A DNA stretch of 62,493 bases, counting the filler, from Dimorphilus gyrociliatus (Eukaryota; Animalia; Annelida), in the NCBI GenBank assembly GCA_904063045.1. It is 5 parts of 5 records of this genome, joined end to end, with 100 filler letters (N's around TTAATTAATTAA, not from the genome) between each part and the next. Parts side by side here need not be neighbours in the genome. Positions count along the whole stretch, not along the records: positions 1 to 23,517 come from CAJFCJ010000171.1; 4 more parts are not named here. One strand, written 5' to 3'. The notes under the pieces are model-generated. The model worked only from the letters and a program-made list of their open reading frames with translations. It was not told the origin of the DNA and did not search any database. The position numbers and the translations under genes are program-made. Of the stretch, positions 10,318-21,660 are shown in pieces. How positions within the stretch are numbered: the first letter of the stretch is position 1; every line of letters begins with the position of its first letter.

Positions 10318-10416
10318 CAGTTGCCTTCTACCGGTTGCCTTCCACCTGTTGCCTTACCACAGTTGACCTTCCCCAGTTGAGCCTTCTACAGCTGCCTTAC
10401 TACAGTTGCCTTCTCA
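10318..10416 (+). repeat. Seven ~14-nt tandem units, consensus CAGTTGCCTTCYAC
   Basis: Read directly from the sequence. Confidence 0.9.
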
Positions 10417-11884
10417 AAAGATTCTTCACCATCATCCATCACTAACTTCTCTAGTCTGATCTTTCCAACACAACATTCTGTCTAATTTAAAGTAAGATAT
10501 CTATTGTGAATTTTGGTTGATTCCTTGGACTTTGTCCTGAATTGATCAAATGTCTTTTATATAAGGTTTTCTGGTTGATTCCTTTTCTTTTGAATCTGAA
10601 TTGACCTTGTTTTGTAGGGAACAGCTTTGTTAATGCTCTAATTTATAGTAAGGTTTCATTTCACAGAGAAATAATTCTCTTATTAAAAGTAACAATAACA
10701 TCCTTCTCTTTATATTAGAAACTTAAACTAAATGGGTTTTCCATTTTTCCACCATAGTTTCTCTAATTTACATGATAGAGATTTGATTTTTTTAACATTG
10801 GGAGTGTAGACTATGCCAAATTCAAATCCGTTTACAGAAATAATATAACACTTGTAGTTTTTCAGTTATTAGCTGTTGAAAAAGGTTTTTTAAAAGTTGC
10901 TTTTTGCATAGAAAACATTAAGATTTGACATATTTCTTTGGGTAGGATATTAAATAATATGCCAATTAATTAAAAACATTAAACTAGGTTAACATATTGA
11001 ATGTTTCTTTCTTAAAAAAATTAACTTTTTTAATTGAAAACATGTCAAAATGTTTCGGATGCTCTTAATTGATTAATACATAAGATTAGGTAGTTATTCC
11101 TTATCTATAGCTGTAAGTCTTTGCTCTTAAATTAAATAATTGATACAAATCTTACTTAAAGTTGTTAATCTTTAAAATATAGACTGTTCAAAAATTTATC
11201 GAATATTCAATTTTTGTCATAGAAAATCATGCTATTTTAATATTATTGTTAAATATATAACTGTAGAAGTAAATAAGCTTAACGTAGGTATAAACAGATT
11301 TAAATTCTGTTAGGTAATAGCTGAGAAAAGTTAATTTTTCGATTTTGAAAAAGGTGACTTAAAACAATGTATTTAAAAATAGATCAAACATCTACAGATG
11401 TATTAATTCTTTACAAATTTGATTGAATAATAAGATAAGCAACAATCTTATTTATAATTATCATTTTAGGAGAAGTCTGGGTTAATTTTTTATCATTTTC
11501 TTTAATTATTTCATGATTTATGTACACAAATAGGCCTATAGCTCCTTTAATATTAGAGCTAGAAACTTGATTTTTTGAACGTAGAAAGATATTACTAAAC
11601 CTAAATTAAATTTTGTAACAAATTCATCCTATCTGGTATAGTTTTTGCTCATTTGACAGTGGAACATAAACTTTTCAACTTAATTTTTATAGTAGAAAAT
11701 CCAAACTGTTAACCTTCATTCTTGTATAGGCTAATTAGAATTTAAATGGGCTAAACATAGATCAAAACAGATCTAAAATCAGTCAAGTAAATGCTGAGAA
11801 AAGTTAAATTAAAGATTGTAATATTTGTTAAAAAATAGCTATAATTATAATCAATAATGTTGTGTTTAATACTTTTTGCGCAGG

Positions 11885-13390
11885 ATGAATATCCAGTGGT
11901 TTATGCCCTTCAAAACTCTGCCTTATATGCATCCTCATGTTGATGTAAACATGAACAATTTAAAAGTCCAACTAAGATACATTCTACAATGCTATTTCAA
12001 AGCAGAGAATTGTAAAGTAGCAAATCATTGGAATCACCTTTTAGAAAATGAAATAAAGAGGACAGATCTTGGAGGCAAAAATAAGTTAGATTATTATAGA
12101 GATAATAGAGAGAATAACATATTTGAAGACATATTTGAAGGCAAAAAACAGCTGATAAATACTGTAGAAAGATGCTTTAAAGATTTTTATGAATTGCACA
12201 AGAAACTTAATCAATACTTCTACTTAAAAAGATTGTTAAATCTTTTAGAATCTAAGGAAGAGTTAATTAAAGTATTAAATTTTGTAAATGGGGAAGTGTT
12301 AAATACTAAGAGGAATATGAAGAATTTCTCCAAATCATATTTTGATGAATTTTATCAAGATGTTCTTAATTTTTATGACAATATGAAGAAAAGAAATAGA
12401 GATTTTCAGGAAAACGAAATTGTAAATCAAGCTTCTGCACCACAGCAAATAGAAAATACACAAGTTATTAAAGAGGTTGCTGTTCAAGTGGATAGGGCCC
12501 CTACCCATAACATTGCTGTTCAAGTAAAGAAGCCATTAACAATTGATATTGCTGTTCAAATATCTAAAACATTCAAACATGGAAGCACCCAAACTACTGT
12601 ATCAAGGTCAACTAACAAGAGAAAGATTCCAAAAGTGAAGGAGGTGAAGGATTCAGAAAGAGAAAATCAAGGAGGGGAACCACAAAGAAAGAAGCTAAGA
12701 GTTGAAAGAGCAACAGAGCAGGAGCAAGAGAAAGGAAAAGAACCAAAACAGCAAAAAGAGTCACTCAAGAGAAAGAAGTCTAGAGTTGAAGGAAGAAGAG
12801 AAGAAAAAGCGCAGCAAGCAGAGAAAGAAAAAGAGGAAGAACATCCAGAGGGAAAAAAGGAGGAAAGAGTTATGGAATTGAATAAATTTAAATACATAAA
12901 GAGAAAGAATGTGAAATTGGATAAAGCCTTTAAAGGAAAATGTAGACAGGAACATTATGACTGTATAATAATTAGTGATTGTTCCTTTGATAGACTGTCA
13001 GAGAAACAACTCTTCCAGATTAAAGATACAACTATGGGAATCAGCAAAAATGTTGTGTTTTTCCAAATAGAGAAATTGACATTTTTGGATATAATTGAAA
13101 TATGCCAGAAATGGAAATTTTCATTTACAAAAATATTTTTCTTCTCCAAACAGAAACCTAAAACTTCTGGAGAAATTCTCAATCAGTCAGTCAAACTTGA
13201 AAAGATATATCTCCCTGTCAACTATTTTACAACTTATACTGAGAGAAATATGAAGAGAACTGGATTGAACTTTATAGCACTTCCTCAACAATTGCAGAGC
13301 AAGTTAATCAATAAAAACGGTGGTTATAATCAGCTTTCTCAACAACAAGATCAATACCTCCTACTTAAACACTTCTTTAATGAATTGTAA
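11885..13390 (+). CDS. ORF1: unknown N-domain, charged linker, C-terminal SGNH/GDSL-like domain
   Basis: ~500-aa intact ORF; ATG just after acceptor TTTTGCGCAG; CIIISDCSF motif paralogous to ORF2 and ORF3. Confidence 0.75.
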   Translation: MNIQWFMPFKTLPYMHPHVDVNMNNLKVQLRYILQCYFKAENCKVANHWNHLLENEIKRTDLGGKNKLDYYRDNRENNIFEDIFEGKKQLINTVERCFKDFYELHKKLNQYFYLKRLLNLLESKEELIKVLNFVNGEVLNTKRNMKNFSKSYFDEFYQDVLNFYDNMKKRNRDFQENEIVNQASAPQQIENTQVIKEVAVQVDRAPTHNIAVQVKKPLTIDIAVQISKTFKHGSTQTTVSRSTNKRKIPKVKEVKDSERENQGGEPQRKKLRVERATEQEQEKGKEPKQQKESLKRKKSRVEGRREEKAQQAEKEKEEEHPEGKKEERVMELNKFKYIKRKNVKLDKAFKGKCRQEHYDCIIISDCSFDRLSEKQLFQIKDTTMGISKNVVFFQIEKLTFLDIIEICQKWKFSFTKIFFFSKQKPKTSGEILNQSVKLEKIYLPVNYFTTYTERNMKRTGLNFIALPQQLQSKLINKNGGYNQLSQQQDQYLLLKHFFNEL

Positions 13391-13584
13391 TTTACTTGTA
13401 TATTTCATATAGTAGTTGTCTTATAGAATAAAAGATTTTTAATGTATGGCATGCTCATTGCTATTCAATTTACACAGAATAAAGAAATTCGTTTTGAGGC
13501 CTTTAATTTGCTTTCAAAATAAATTAGTCAAATAGAAGCTGAGAAAACTTAATTTAAAGATATTGCTAATTTTGAGGTTTTAAA

Positions 13585-14150
13585 AAAATATTCATTCAAC
13601 TTTAAACACCTCGTCTAGCCTTATTTCTTATCCAAATTTGACAAATTTTTTTTAAATGATAGAGAATTCAATTTCCTTTTAGAATAAATTAACTCCGATA
13701 ATATACAACATAGTTTAAATGTTTTTTAAATAGCTTAAATGAGTGTACTGTCATAAAACAAAAGGATGTTGAAGAACATCTATTTTAGGATCAATTTACA
13801 GTTGCTTTAAATGTTTATATTTTGGATGTAATTAAATATATTAAAACTATCACTTTTATATATCATTTGATAAAATATTCATTCAACTTTAAGCTACCCT
13901 TCTACCCTTATTTCTTATCCAAATTTAACAAAATTTGTTTTGAATTGTAGAGAATTCATTTTCCTTCTAGAATAAATTAACTCCGATAATATACAATGTT
14001 ATTTTAACACTGATCAATTAGGTTAAACACATGTACTATCTAAATACGAAATTATGATGAAGAACATCAATTCTACCAATTGATTTACAGTTGTTTTAAA
14101 TATTTATAGTTAGATTGAATGATATATATTAAAAATGTCACTTTTATATA
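13585..14150. repeat. Two tandem ~287-bp diverged repeats (weaker third copy ~14410)
   Basis: AAAATATTCATTCAACTTTAA...CCTTATTTCTTATCCAAATTT...TAGAATAAATTAACTCCGATAATATACAA at 13585 and 13872. Confidence 0.85.
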
Positions 14151-15054
14151 ATATTTTCTTTTAAATTTGAAAGAAAATGATAGTCCCAATTGTTACATAG
14201 ACACTTGTACTAGTTTTTTGCATGGTTGCTTTAATTCTTAAATTTTGTTATAGTTTTTTTTAATGTAACCCATTCAAAAATATATTTCGTATATATGAAG
14301 TAGAAAAATTCAATTTCTACTGTTTTTTTTGGAACAAATTTCATTAAAATCTGTCCAGTAGGAGTCTAGAAAAGTTACTTTAAAAATATGCACTTTTATA
14401 GGTGTTTTAGAAAAATATTAGTTCATCTTCAGACAGCTCCTCCTCCCTTATTTCTCATTTGATTTTAGTCAAATTTCTTGCAAAATACTCCAAATTCAAT
14501 TGCCTTTTCAAATATCCAAACTGCCATAGCAGAAATGATTTCATTCATTCCGTTTGAATAGTTTAAACAAGGTAACAGTCAGTAAGAAAAATTGTAATTT
14601 TTTGAATTGTTGGATGGTGATTGGATAATAGATTCAATGACCTACTTAATGAATGGCACATTATGACTTGACTTTTCTAGGTCAACTATCTGGTGACTGA
14701 ATAAGATTTTCATTGACCTACATTAAAAATATTGCTTAAAGAATATATATATATATGTGTATTATTGTTTCTATTTACACATTCTTCAATATCCATTCTC
14801 ATATAATTCTACAAATTAAGTACATAAAATTAATCAGTAATTCACCAGTTATTAATTTATTGAATGATAAAGAGTATAATTAATTAATCATTTGATTGCA
14901 ATGATTCTTCCTTATTGTAAAAGCATTTTTTCAAAAAGATAAATAAATAAAATATATTAATATCTATACATTATGACATACAAAGGTCAAGAGGTGATGG
15001 CTAGAGTGACACTTTCTTCACAAGAACACCCTTATCTTAAGTGATATAATCTGA

Positions 15055-15321
15055 AAAGGTGACAAGTGATATGTTTTGATAGTGTCTTATCAAGGGCTTT
15101 GTTGCCATTGAGGGGGGAAGGGGAGGGGCTTCTCTGCTAAAGTATATATAGTCCTTGCTATTGCCCACTCTTTCATTTGCTACCACAGAGGAAAGACTGT
15201 TCACCAGACTTGTCTCTGTTACAAGTAAGCTTTACACTTTTTTTAACTTTTTTGGTATAAAGAGTTGACGGAATATAGACTTATTATATATCATTAGAAT
15301 CAGCTTTTCAAGCCCATTAAC
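15055..15321 (+). promoter_or_regulatory. Promoter/leader module P2 (TATATATA 15143, Inr 15173, donor GTAAGC 15225)
   Basis: Same layout and conserved 50-bp block as P1. Confidence 0.6.
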
Positions 15322-16451
15322 GTCATTTAAAAATCAATTTGATCAGGCGAAAAAAAATTTTACACGTAAAAACAAATGTTTGACAAGTAAAAAATAAAGA
15401 AATGTTAAATCTTTAACTATAACAGTTTAATTCATAGAAGCATTTAATTACTATATTTGGTTGATGATTTCTCATAATAATCTTTCTATATTCTTTATAC
15501 AGAGCCAACTTTTTGCTGATTGATTTGCTATTTGCTGCTCTTTTTTTTCAACATTTTTCTTGGATTACAGAGTTAGTTATATGTTACATTGTAATATGAA
15601 TTTTTATTATTATTATATATTTTTTCTTACAGCATCTCAACCTTAAATCTGATTGACCACATTTGAAGTTCTACAAGATCAAAACCTACTAACTGTTCCC
15701 TTCTTCTTCTTGAGTCTTACAAGAATCTAGCTATAAATGTAAGTAGTTTATGTTTTGTTTTGAAGAGTTTTGTCTCCATAAATAAATTTACAGCCCTTGG
15801 TATGAATTTATTTTTGTTTTAAATATTTCTTTATGTTAATATATTGAGATATTCCACCTTTCTTATAAATTTAAAAGGATTACTTTTATGTAAAAAGAAA
15901 TACAAAGAAACACTTTTTTGAAACTTTTTAATTTATTATAAAAACTTGTATATTCCCAATGAAAAAAAGTTCACCTTTTAGGTTCTTCATTTCAATGGAA
16001 TATATATGCAAAGTTTAGGACTGCAAAATTCTACATTTTTCTTTACAGAATAACTCTAAATGAAATGGCTTTTTTTGCTTTTAAATTTACAATTATTCTT
16101 TTCCTAAATTTTAACTATTTTTCATGAGAAACACTTTTTGCTTTCCAGTTTTTTTAATGTGAAAGGTTGTTGATTCTCCATGAAACAAGTTTGCCTTTTA
16201 GGCTCTTTATTTCAAAGGAGTAAATATGCAACATAATTTAATTTCAGATCCAAAATTTTTCTCTACAGAATATCATTAAAAAAAATTATTTTTTTGGTTC
16301 TATGAGGAGGAATATCACAAATATGATCAGAAATATATTTATATATATGGTTAGGCTACTTATATTTATGTTCATGTTGAGTTACAAACTATGTTATTGA
16401 ATAGATATTTATGTTTTGTTTCTTTTTTGTTATTCATTTAAGAAAGGAATA

Positions 16452-19040
16452 ATGAATTGTAAACTGAAAATGAAAGGAAATAAAGAAAAAACAAAGCTAC
16501 AAATCCATCCATGGTTTTATCCTGATATCTTTAAAGAAAAGGAATGCCTTAAATTCAATTTCAATACAGCACAATCTGATATTTACAAACAACTTAAGTT
16601 CATCATTGAAAAGCATATTGAAAAATATATTGGTGTCCCATTCAAAAAAATTTGTAGTTCATCAGAATTCTTATACTTTGTCAATAGATTTAATATTACA
16701 AAAGCTTTTCAAGAATCAATGAAAAATGAATATAAGAAGTTTAAAGATCTAATTGAAAAAATGTATTTGGAAAATCTGGAACATTACCTTGTATTTGAAA
16801 ATTATGCTAATAATCTTGGTATTCTATGCAGACACTTTGATGAAAATGATATCAAAAGATGGATTTCAAAAATCTTTTTGGAAAAATCTGCCAGATTGGA
16901 CAAGGACTTTGTTGATGAAACAAAAGAGAGTTTGATGGAATTTTGTGTAAGATGTAAAAGTAATGATAAAAACAGGAAAAAGAACAAACCTAACCCTGAG
17001 TCATCTAGAAGAGAAAATGGTGTAAGTGACATGGCTGCTATAATAGATATTGGTACAAATGGTGAAAAAATTAAAGAAATCACAATAATGAAAAAGGTTA
17101 CAACTGATAGTATAATTAAAGAAATACAAGAAGATAAGAAAGATACAAGTCATGGCACAATTAAGGAAATGAAAGGAAATAGGAAATATACAAGTGACAA
17201 GGAAATAGAAAAATCATCAGTTGTTGAAAAAGATGAAAGTCATAAGAAATTGAAAGCAACATCTATAATAGAGACACATACAAGTGATAATATTGTAAAA
17301 GAAACACTTGTAACAGAGAAGGATGCAAATTATAAGGAAATAGAAGAAACAACTATTCTACAGAAAAATTATGATACTAATATCAAAGATAAAGGGGATA
17401 GTCTGAAAGAACATCAACAAATTTTTAATGAATTGGAAAGAGAAAATGAACAAAGTATTCTAACAACAATTGATTCTCCAAGTGATAACAAGCCAGAACA
17501 AGTGAAAGATGATGAGTTTATTGCAGAAAAGAGAGACTCTGTTAGTATAACCAATGAAGAAAACAATCAACAAACCAAATCAACTGAATCTAGTATAGAA
17601 AGAAATAATGAACAAATAGTAAATACAGCTGAGGAAACCAAGAATAAAACAGCAACTGAAGAAAAGGATAAAAATGAGGAAGAAAGGTTTACAGATCAAA
17701 TCAGTGTTGAAAATGATCTTACTGAAATGATGGAAACAGCTACAAATGAAAATGATAACAAATTTTGTTCAAGAGACATTTCAAATGAGACAATCATGGG
17801 TGCTTGTGATAAAGAATCTGTTGTTACAAAATTACATTTGTCAAAAAATTTTGAATTAGGATCACCATTAAAAACATCTTCACCAATAGAAACTACTAAC
17901 AATATCTCCATTGATTCTAGTGAACTGGATTTGTTTGATGAAAAAGCCTGGTTGGCATTGGAAGAGATGAGGTCTCAAGATCACTGCAAAGAAGCAAAAA
18001 AAATGGGTATAGATGGAGCCAATGCACTTGTTTTGAGTATGACAGATTGCATCAAAAAATATAAGGGATGGAAAATGATATTGAGGAACAATTATAGAAA
18101 AGATAAAAAGCTGATTGATATTTATAGAGAATGGGGAAAGAATTTCTTGTCAGACAAGGAGGCAAAAAACTTTTCAAAGTTATTGCCACCAAATATACAA
18201 ATGAAAACAGAATTTTTTATGATATCTGACAGTTCATTTAGAGATATTCAAGTCAAAACTATCTCAATATTAGCCTCCAAATATAAAATTGCTAAAAATG
18301 GAATATTAATCAACATTAGCCAATTAAACTATGAAGATATTTTACCCATTTTAATAAACTGGAATATTCAATGTCAATATATATTCATACATACAAATTT
18401 AAATTCTCCTAAAGAAACATATGGATTAGCAAAATTTCTAAAGAACAAGTATGGAACTTGCAAGAATGTGATCATAGCCATTCCATTTGGCACAAAACTA
18501 TTTTCTGCATACAAAGATATTCAAATGGCAACTAAGAACCAAGCCACTGTTCTTGATATGACTGATATGAGAAAATTGGGATTTACAGATAATCCAACTG
18601 GAAATTCGAAATGTAAACACCTGACAAAGAAGGCACAAGAATTTTCAATTGATTTAGTAATGAAAACTTTGCAGAGAATTATCAAAGATCAGAAAGAGGA
18701 AACAATGGACATAGATACATCAACTAACAAGGTAATATTAATGTCTGGATTTAATTTCTATAAACAATTAAATACTCAATATGTTGTTAATTTGAGCAAA
18801 TATCAGATTCCAAATGATGTCAATAGTTTTTTTAATCTTGGTTTAAAGTTTGTACATGAAAGTATAAAACCAGACAAATGGAAGCAATACACATTGTTCA
18901 ATTTAGAGAGATTCTTTAAAAAAGTATCAATCATTAAAAAACAAAATAAATCAACAAATCTGGAAAATCTTAGATGTATTAACTATCAATGGATACCAAA
19001 AGAAGGATTTGAAAGAAATATAACATCTGTTGAAAACTAG
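16452..19040 (+). CDS. ORF2 N-half: N-domain, acidic linker, helical segment, SGNH-like domain, start of the PLE pol (VVNLS..LGLKF)
   Basis: Intact ORF; FFMISDSSFRDI..KHLTKKA; PLE N-terminal motif YVVNLSKYQIPNDVNSFFNLGLKF at ~18783. Confidence 0.8.
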   Translation: MNCKLKMKGNKEKTKLQIHPWFYPDIFKEKECLKFNFNTAQSDIYKQLKFIIEKHIEKYIGVPFKKICSSSEFLYFVNRFNITKAFQESMKNEYKKFKDLIEKMYLENLEHYLVFENYANNLGILCRHFDENDIKRWISKIFLEKSARLDKDFVDETKESLMEFCVRCKSNDKNRKKNKPNPESSRRENGVSDMAAIIDIGTNGEKIKEITIMKKVTTDSIIKEIQEDKKDTSHGTIKEMKGNRKYTSDKEIEKSSVVEKDESHKKLKATSIIETHTSDNIVKETLVTEKDANYKEIEETTILQKNYDTNIKDKGDSLKEHQQIFNELERENEQSILTTIDSPSDNKPEQVKDDEFIAEKRDSVSITNEENNQQTKSTESSIERNNEQIVNTAEETKNKTATEEKDKNEEERFTDQISVENDLTEMMETATNENDNKFCSRDISNETIMGACDKESVVTKLHLSKNFELGSPLKTSSPIETTNNISIDSSELDLFDEKAWLALEEMRSQDHCKEAKKMGIDGANALVLSMTDCIKKYKGWKMILRNNYRKDKKLIDIYREWGKNFLSDKEAKNFSKLLPPNIQMKTEFFMISDSSFRDIQVKTISILASKYKIAKNGILINISQLNYEDILPILINWNIQCQYIFIHTNLNSPKETYGLAKFLKNKYGTCKNVIIAIPFGTKLFSAYKDIQMATKNQATVLDMTDMRKLGFTDNPTGNSKCKHLTKKAQEFSIDLVMKTLQRIIKDQKEETMDIDTSTNKVILMSGFNFYKQLNTQYVVNLSKYQIPNDVNSFFNLGLKFVHESIKPDKWKQYTLFNLERFFKKVSIIKKQNKSTNLENLRCINYQWIPKEGFERNITSVEN

Positions 19041-21418
19041 ATGATACTGATGATGATGATGGTGGTGATGGTGACAGTGATGAAATGTTACAATTTTTCA
19101 AAGGATGCAGAAAGGCAATTCAAAGTAATATTTTTAAAGAGAATTCTAATCAAAAACTTGGAAAATTTGACAAAGATTTCTTTAAATCTCTGAGAAAGTT
19201 TTTATCATTAGACATTGTGATTAAGCCAGCTGACAAGGGATCTTGTGTTGTGATACAAAATACTGAAGATTATATCTACATGTGCAATCAATTACTTTCT
19301 GATAATAAACAATATTGTAAACTATCAACAACTTCTAATATAAATATTTCTGGTAATAAATTTTTAGAAAAGTCAATTTTCTATTATAAAGACCTAATTA
19401 AAACATTTAAAGTTACCTTGGATGAAAAAGAATATAAACATTTGTTGGATTCTCTGTGTACAAAGAAGCATTCTTTTGAGAATAGAATATTTTATGGCTT
19501 ACCTAAAATACATAAGGAACCAGAACAATGGTTGGTTGATGGTAAAATTCCTAAAGGAAGGCCTGTTGTTAGCAATTTAAGGACAGAATCTTATGAAATA
19601 TCAAGATATATCTCACATCACCTCAAACCAATTAGTATACTACATTCTTCATATATTGGTAATTCTAAACAACTGTTGGATGAACTTAATAGAATAACAA
19701 TTCCAGATGATGCTCTTTTGGTGACTCTGGACATAAAAAGTATGTATACAAACATTGATACTTACACTGGATTGAAAGCTGTAAAATATTTTTTTGAAAA
19801 GTATTCCTACAAGCACAGACCTGATGATTTTCTTATTCAACTTCTCAAATTCAACTTGCATAAGAATCATTTTAAATTTTTAGATACAATATACTTACAA
19901 AAGAGTGGTTGTGCTATGGGTCAAAGTTATGCTCCTGCTTATGCAAACTTATGGATGGCTTGGGTGGAAGAAGTGTACCTCTTCAACATTAGACCTAAAC
20001 CTCTATTTTATAAAAGATATTTGGATGATATTTTCCTAATTTGGACAGGTAGCATTGATACATTTCATAGCTATCTTCAAAAAGTCAATAATATATTAAA
20101 AAATTTAAAGTTTGAGGGAACAACTAGTTTTCAATCAATCAACTTTTTAGATTTAATTCTATTTAAAGGAACAAGATTTCTCTCAACAAATCAATTGGAT
20201 CATCTAACTTTCTTCAAAAATTGTGAAACATTTCATCAACTTCATAGAACTTCTTTTCATCCTAAACATATCTTTAAAGGACTTTTAAAATCTCAATTCA
20301 AAAGATTTCTTAATAACAGCTCCTCTCCATTTCTATTCTTTCAAACTTGTCAAACTGTGATGAAACCACTTTCCAGTCAAGGCTACAGTGCTAAAGAAAT
20401 AAGAAAAGCAATACAGTCTGCAATTAAAGACCAAATGAAGAAAGAAAACTATGAAAGAGTGTTGGAAGAAAATAGAAAGACACAGTGGAATATTCCAAAG
20501 GAATTAAGAATATATTTTAACATAAGAAAAAAGATATTCTGCCCTCTAAACATGAATTTCATTTATAGGAAAAACTGTGTAGATTTAATTACAGATAACT
20601 CAAAAGTATTTCTATTACAATGTAAAGAATGTGGACAAATGATGTACTTTTCTATACAACAACATAAAAAAATCAGCATCTTACAAACACTTAAATACCT
20701 TCTATCAAGAAAATATTTGGAATTGAATAATATTGACCTAGTAGAAAACTATATCCAGCATCAACATTTTGCAGAAAATCAATTTAATATAACAATATTT
20801 CCTTATGAACAATTGCAAAGAGATAAATCAACAATTGAAATGAACAGATATATTTATCACTTGAATATGAAAAATGTCATGTATTATCCCTTTGGCTTAG
20901 CCAGATATACCAGTTGTCCAGTATATTCAAAGCTACCATTAATTATGCCTTATAGAAATGATCATGGACCAGTGTTAAAAAAATTAACAAAAACCTATAA
21001 ATTATTAAGTGATAAGAATTCCATATTTAAAAACATTCCTCTGATATTTGCTTTTACAAACAACATAAATAGTTATTTTCAATTAATTCATAAAAACATT
21101 TATTTTAAACAGGAACAAAATATGTCTACTTCCTTATTTCATAAAAGAAATACAACTAGTACAGATTCATCAGAAAAATGTCATTTTTCACTAAATAAAA
21201 CAGGAACATCAACAATTAAACATTTTTATAAAAAGAAGAATGCAGAAGAAACATCTTCACTTAGTGCACCACCTCAACCAGGAAAAAAACCAAAGTTTGA
21301 TACAATTACAAGAAAATTCACTATGAAGAGGAAGATGGAGAAGGAAACAGACGAACATAAACCAGTAGTTGCAGAGAAGATGGTTAGAACTGGAAGAAGA
21401 ATTAAGAAGAAACTTTAA
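19034..21418 (+). CDS. ORF2 C-half: Penelope-like reverse transcriptase with thumb and degenerate GIY-YIG-like domain
   Basis: VIKPADKG, FYGLPKIHK, GRPVVS, TLDIKSMYTNI, GCAMGQSYAP, YKRYLDDIF, INFLDL, HPKHIFKG; CKECG..QHF..YPFGL. Confidence 0.93.
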   Translation, partial: KLDDTDDDDGGDGDSDEMLQFFKGCRKAIQSNIFKENSNQKLGKFDKDFFKSLRKFLSLDIVIKPADKGSCVVIQNTEDYIYMCNQLLSDNKQYCKLSTTSNINISGNKFLEKSIFYYKDLIKTFKVTLDEKEYKHLLDSLCTKKHSFENRIFYGLPKIHKEPEQWLVDGKIPKGRPVVSNLRTESYEISRYISHHLKPISILHSSYIGNSKQLLDELNRITIPDDALLVTLDIKSMYTNIDTYTGLKAVKYFFEKYSYKHRPDDFLIQLLKFNLHKNHFKFLDTIYLQKSGCAMGQSYAPAYANLWMAWVEEVYLFNIRPKPLFYKRYLDDIFLIWTGSIDTFHSYLQKVNNILKNLKFEGTTSFQSINFLDLILFKGTRFLSTNQLDHLTFFKNCETFHQLHRTSFHPKHIFKGLLKSQFKRFLNNSSSPFLFFQTCQTVMKPLSSQGYSAKEIRKAIQSAIKDQMKKENYERVLEENRKTQWNIPKELRIYFNIRKKIFCPLNMNFIYRKNCVDLITDNSKVFLLQCKECGQMMYFSIQQHKKISILQTLKYLLSRKYLELNNIDLVENYIQHQHFAENQFNITIFPYEQLQRDKSTIEMNRYIYHLNMKNVMYYPFGLARYTSCPVYSKLPLIMPYRNDHGPVLKKLTKTYKLLSDKNSIFKNIPLIFAFTNNINSYFQLIHKNIYFKQEQNMSTSLFHKRNTTSTDSSEKCHFSLNKTGTSTIKHFYKKKNAEETSSLSAPPQPGKKPKFDTITRKFTMKRKMEKETDEHKPVVAEKMVRTGRRIKKKL

Positions 21419-21508
21419 ACTTTCAATATTTTTTAATTAGTTGTTTTCCTTTGAATATTTGTTTTGTTTGCTTCATAATAATTTGCTTTTCACTGCATAT
21501 ATCTGTAC

Positions 21509-21511
<3 letters not shown>

Positions 21512-21553
<42 letters not shown>
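21512..21553. repeat. (TA)21 microsatellite
   Basis: Read directly. Confidence 0.97.
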
Positions 21554-21555
<2 letters not shown>

Positions 21556-21660
21556 TATTCTATGTATTCTTAGATTTGTTCAGTTCATATCTATAATATT
21601 CTTTTTGTGTAGAATATACTAAATTTTACTAAATTATTTTGTTTTTATAGATTTTCTATA

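Noticed and set aside
10318-10416. CRISPR-like array
   Set aside because: Directly abutting 14-nt units with no spacers, in eukaryotic DNA
19047-19085. CTGATGA..GAAA as a PLE hammerhead ribozyme
   Set aside because: No pairing stems; it encodes an Asp-rich run. No convincing hammerhead was seen by eye elsewhere in 8000-23517; an RNAMotif/Infernal scan would be decisive
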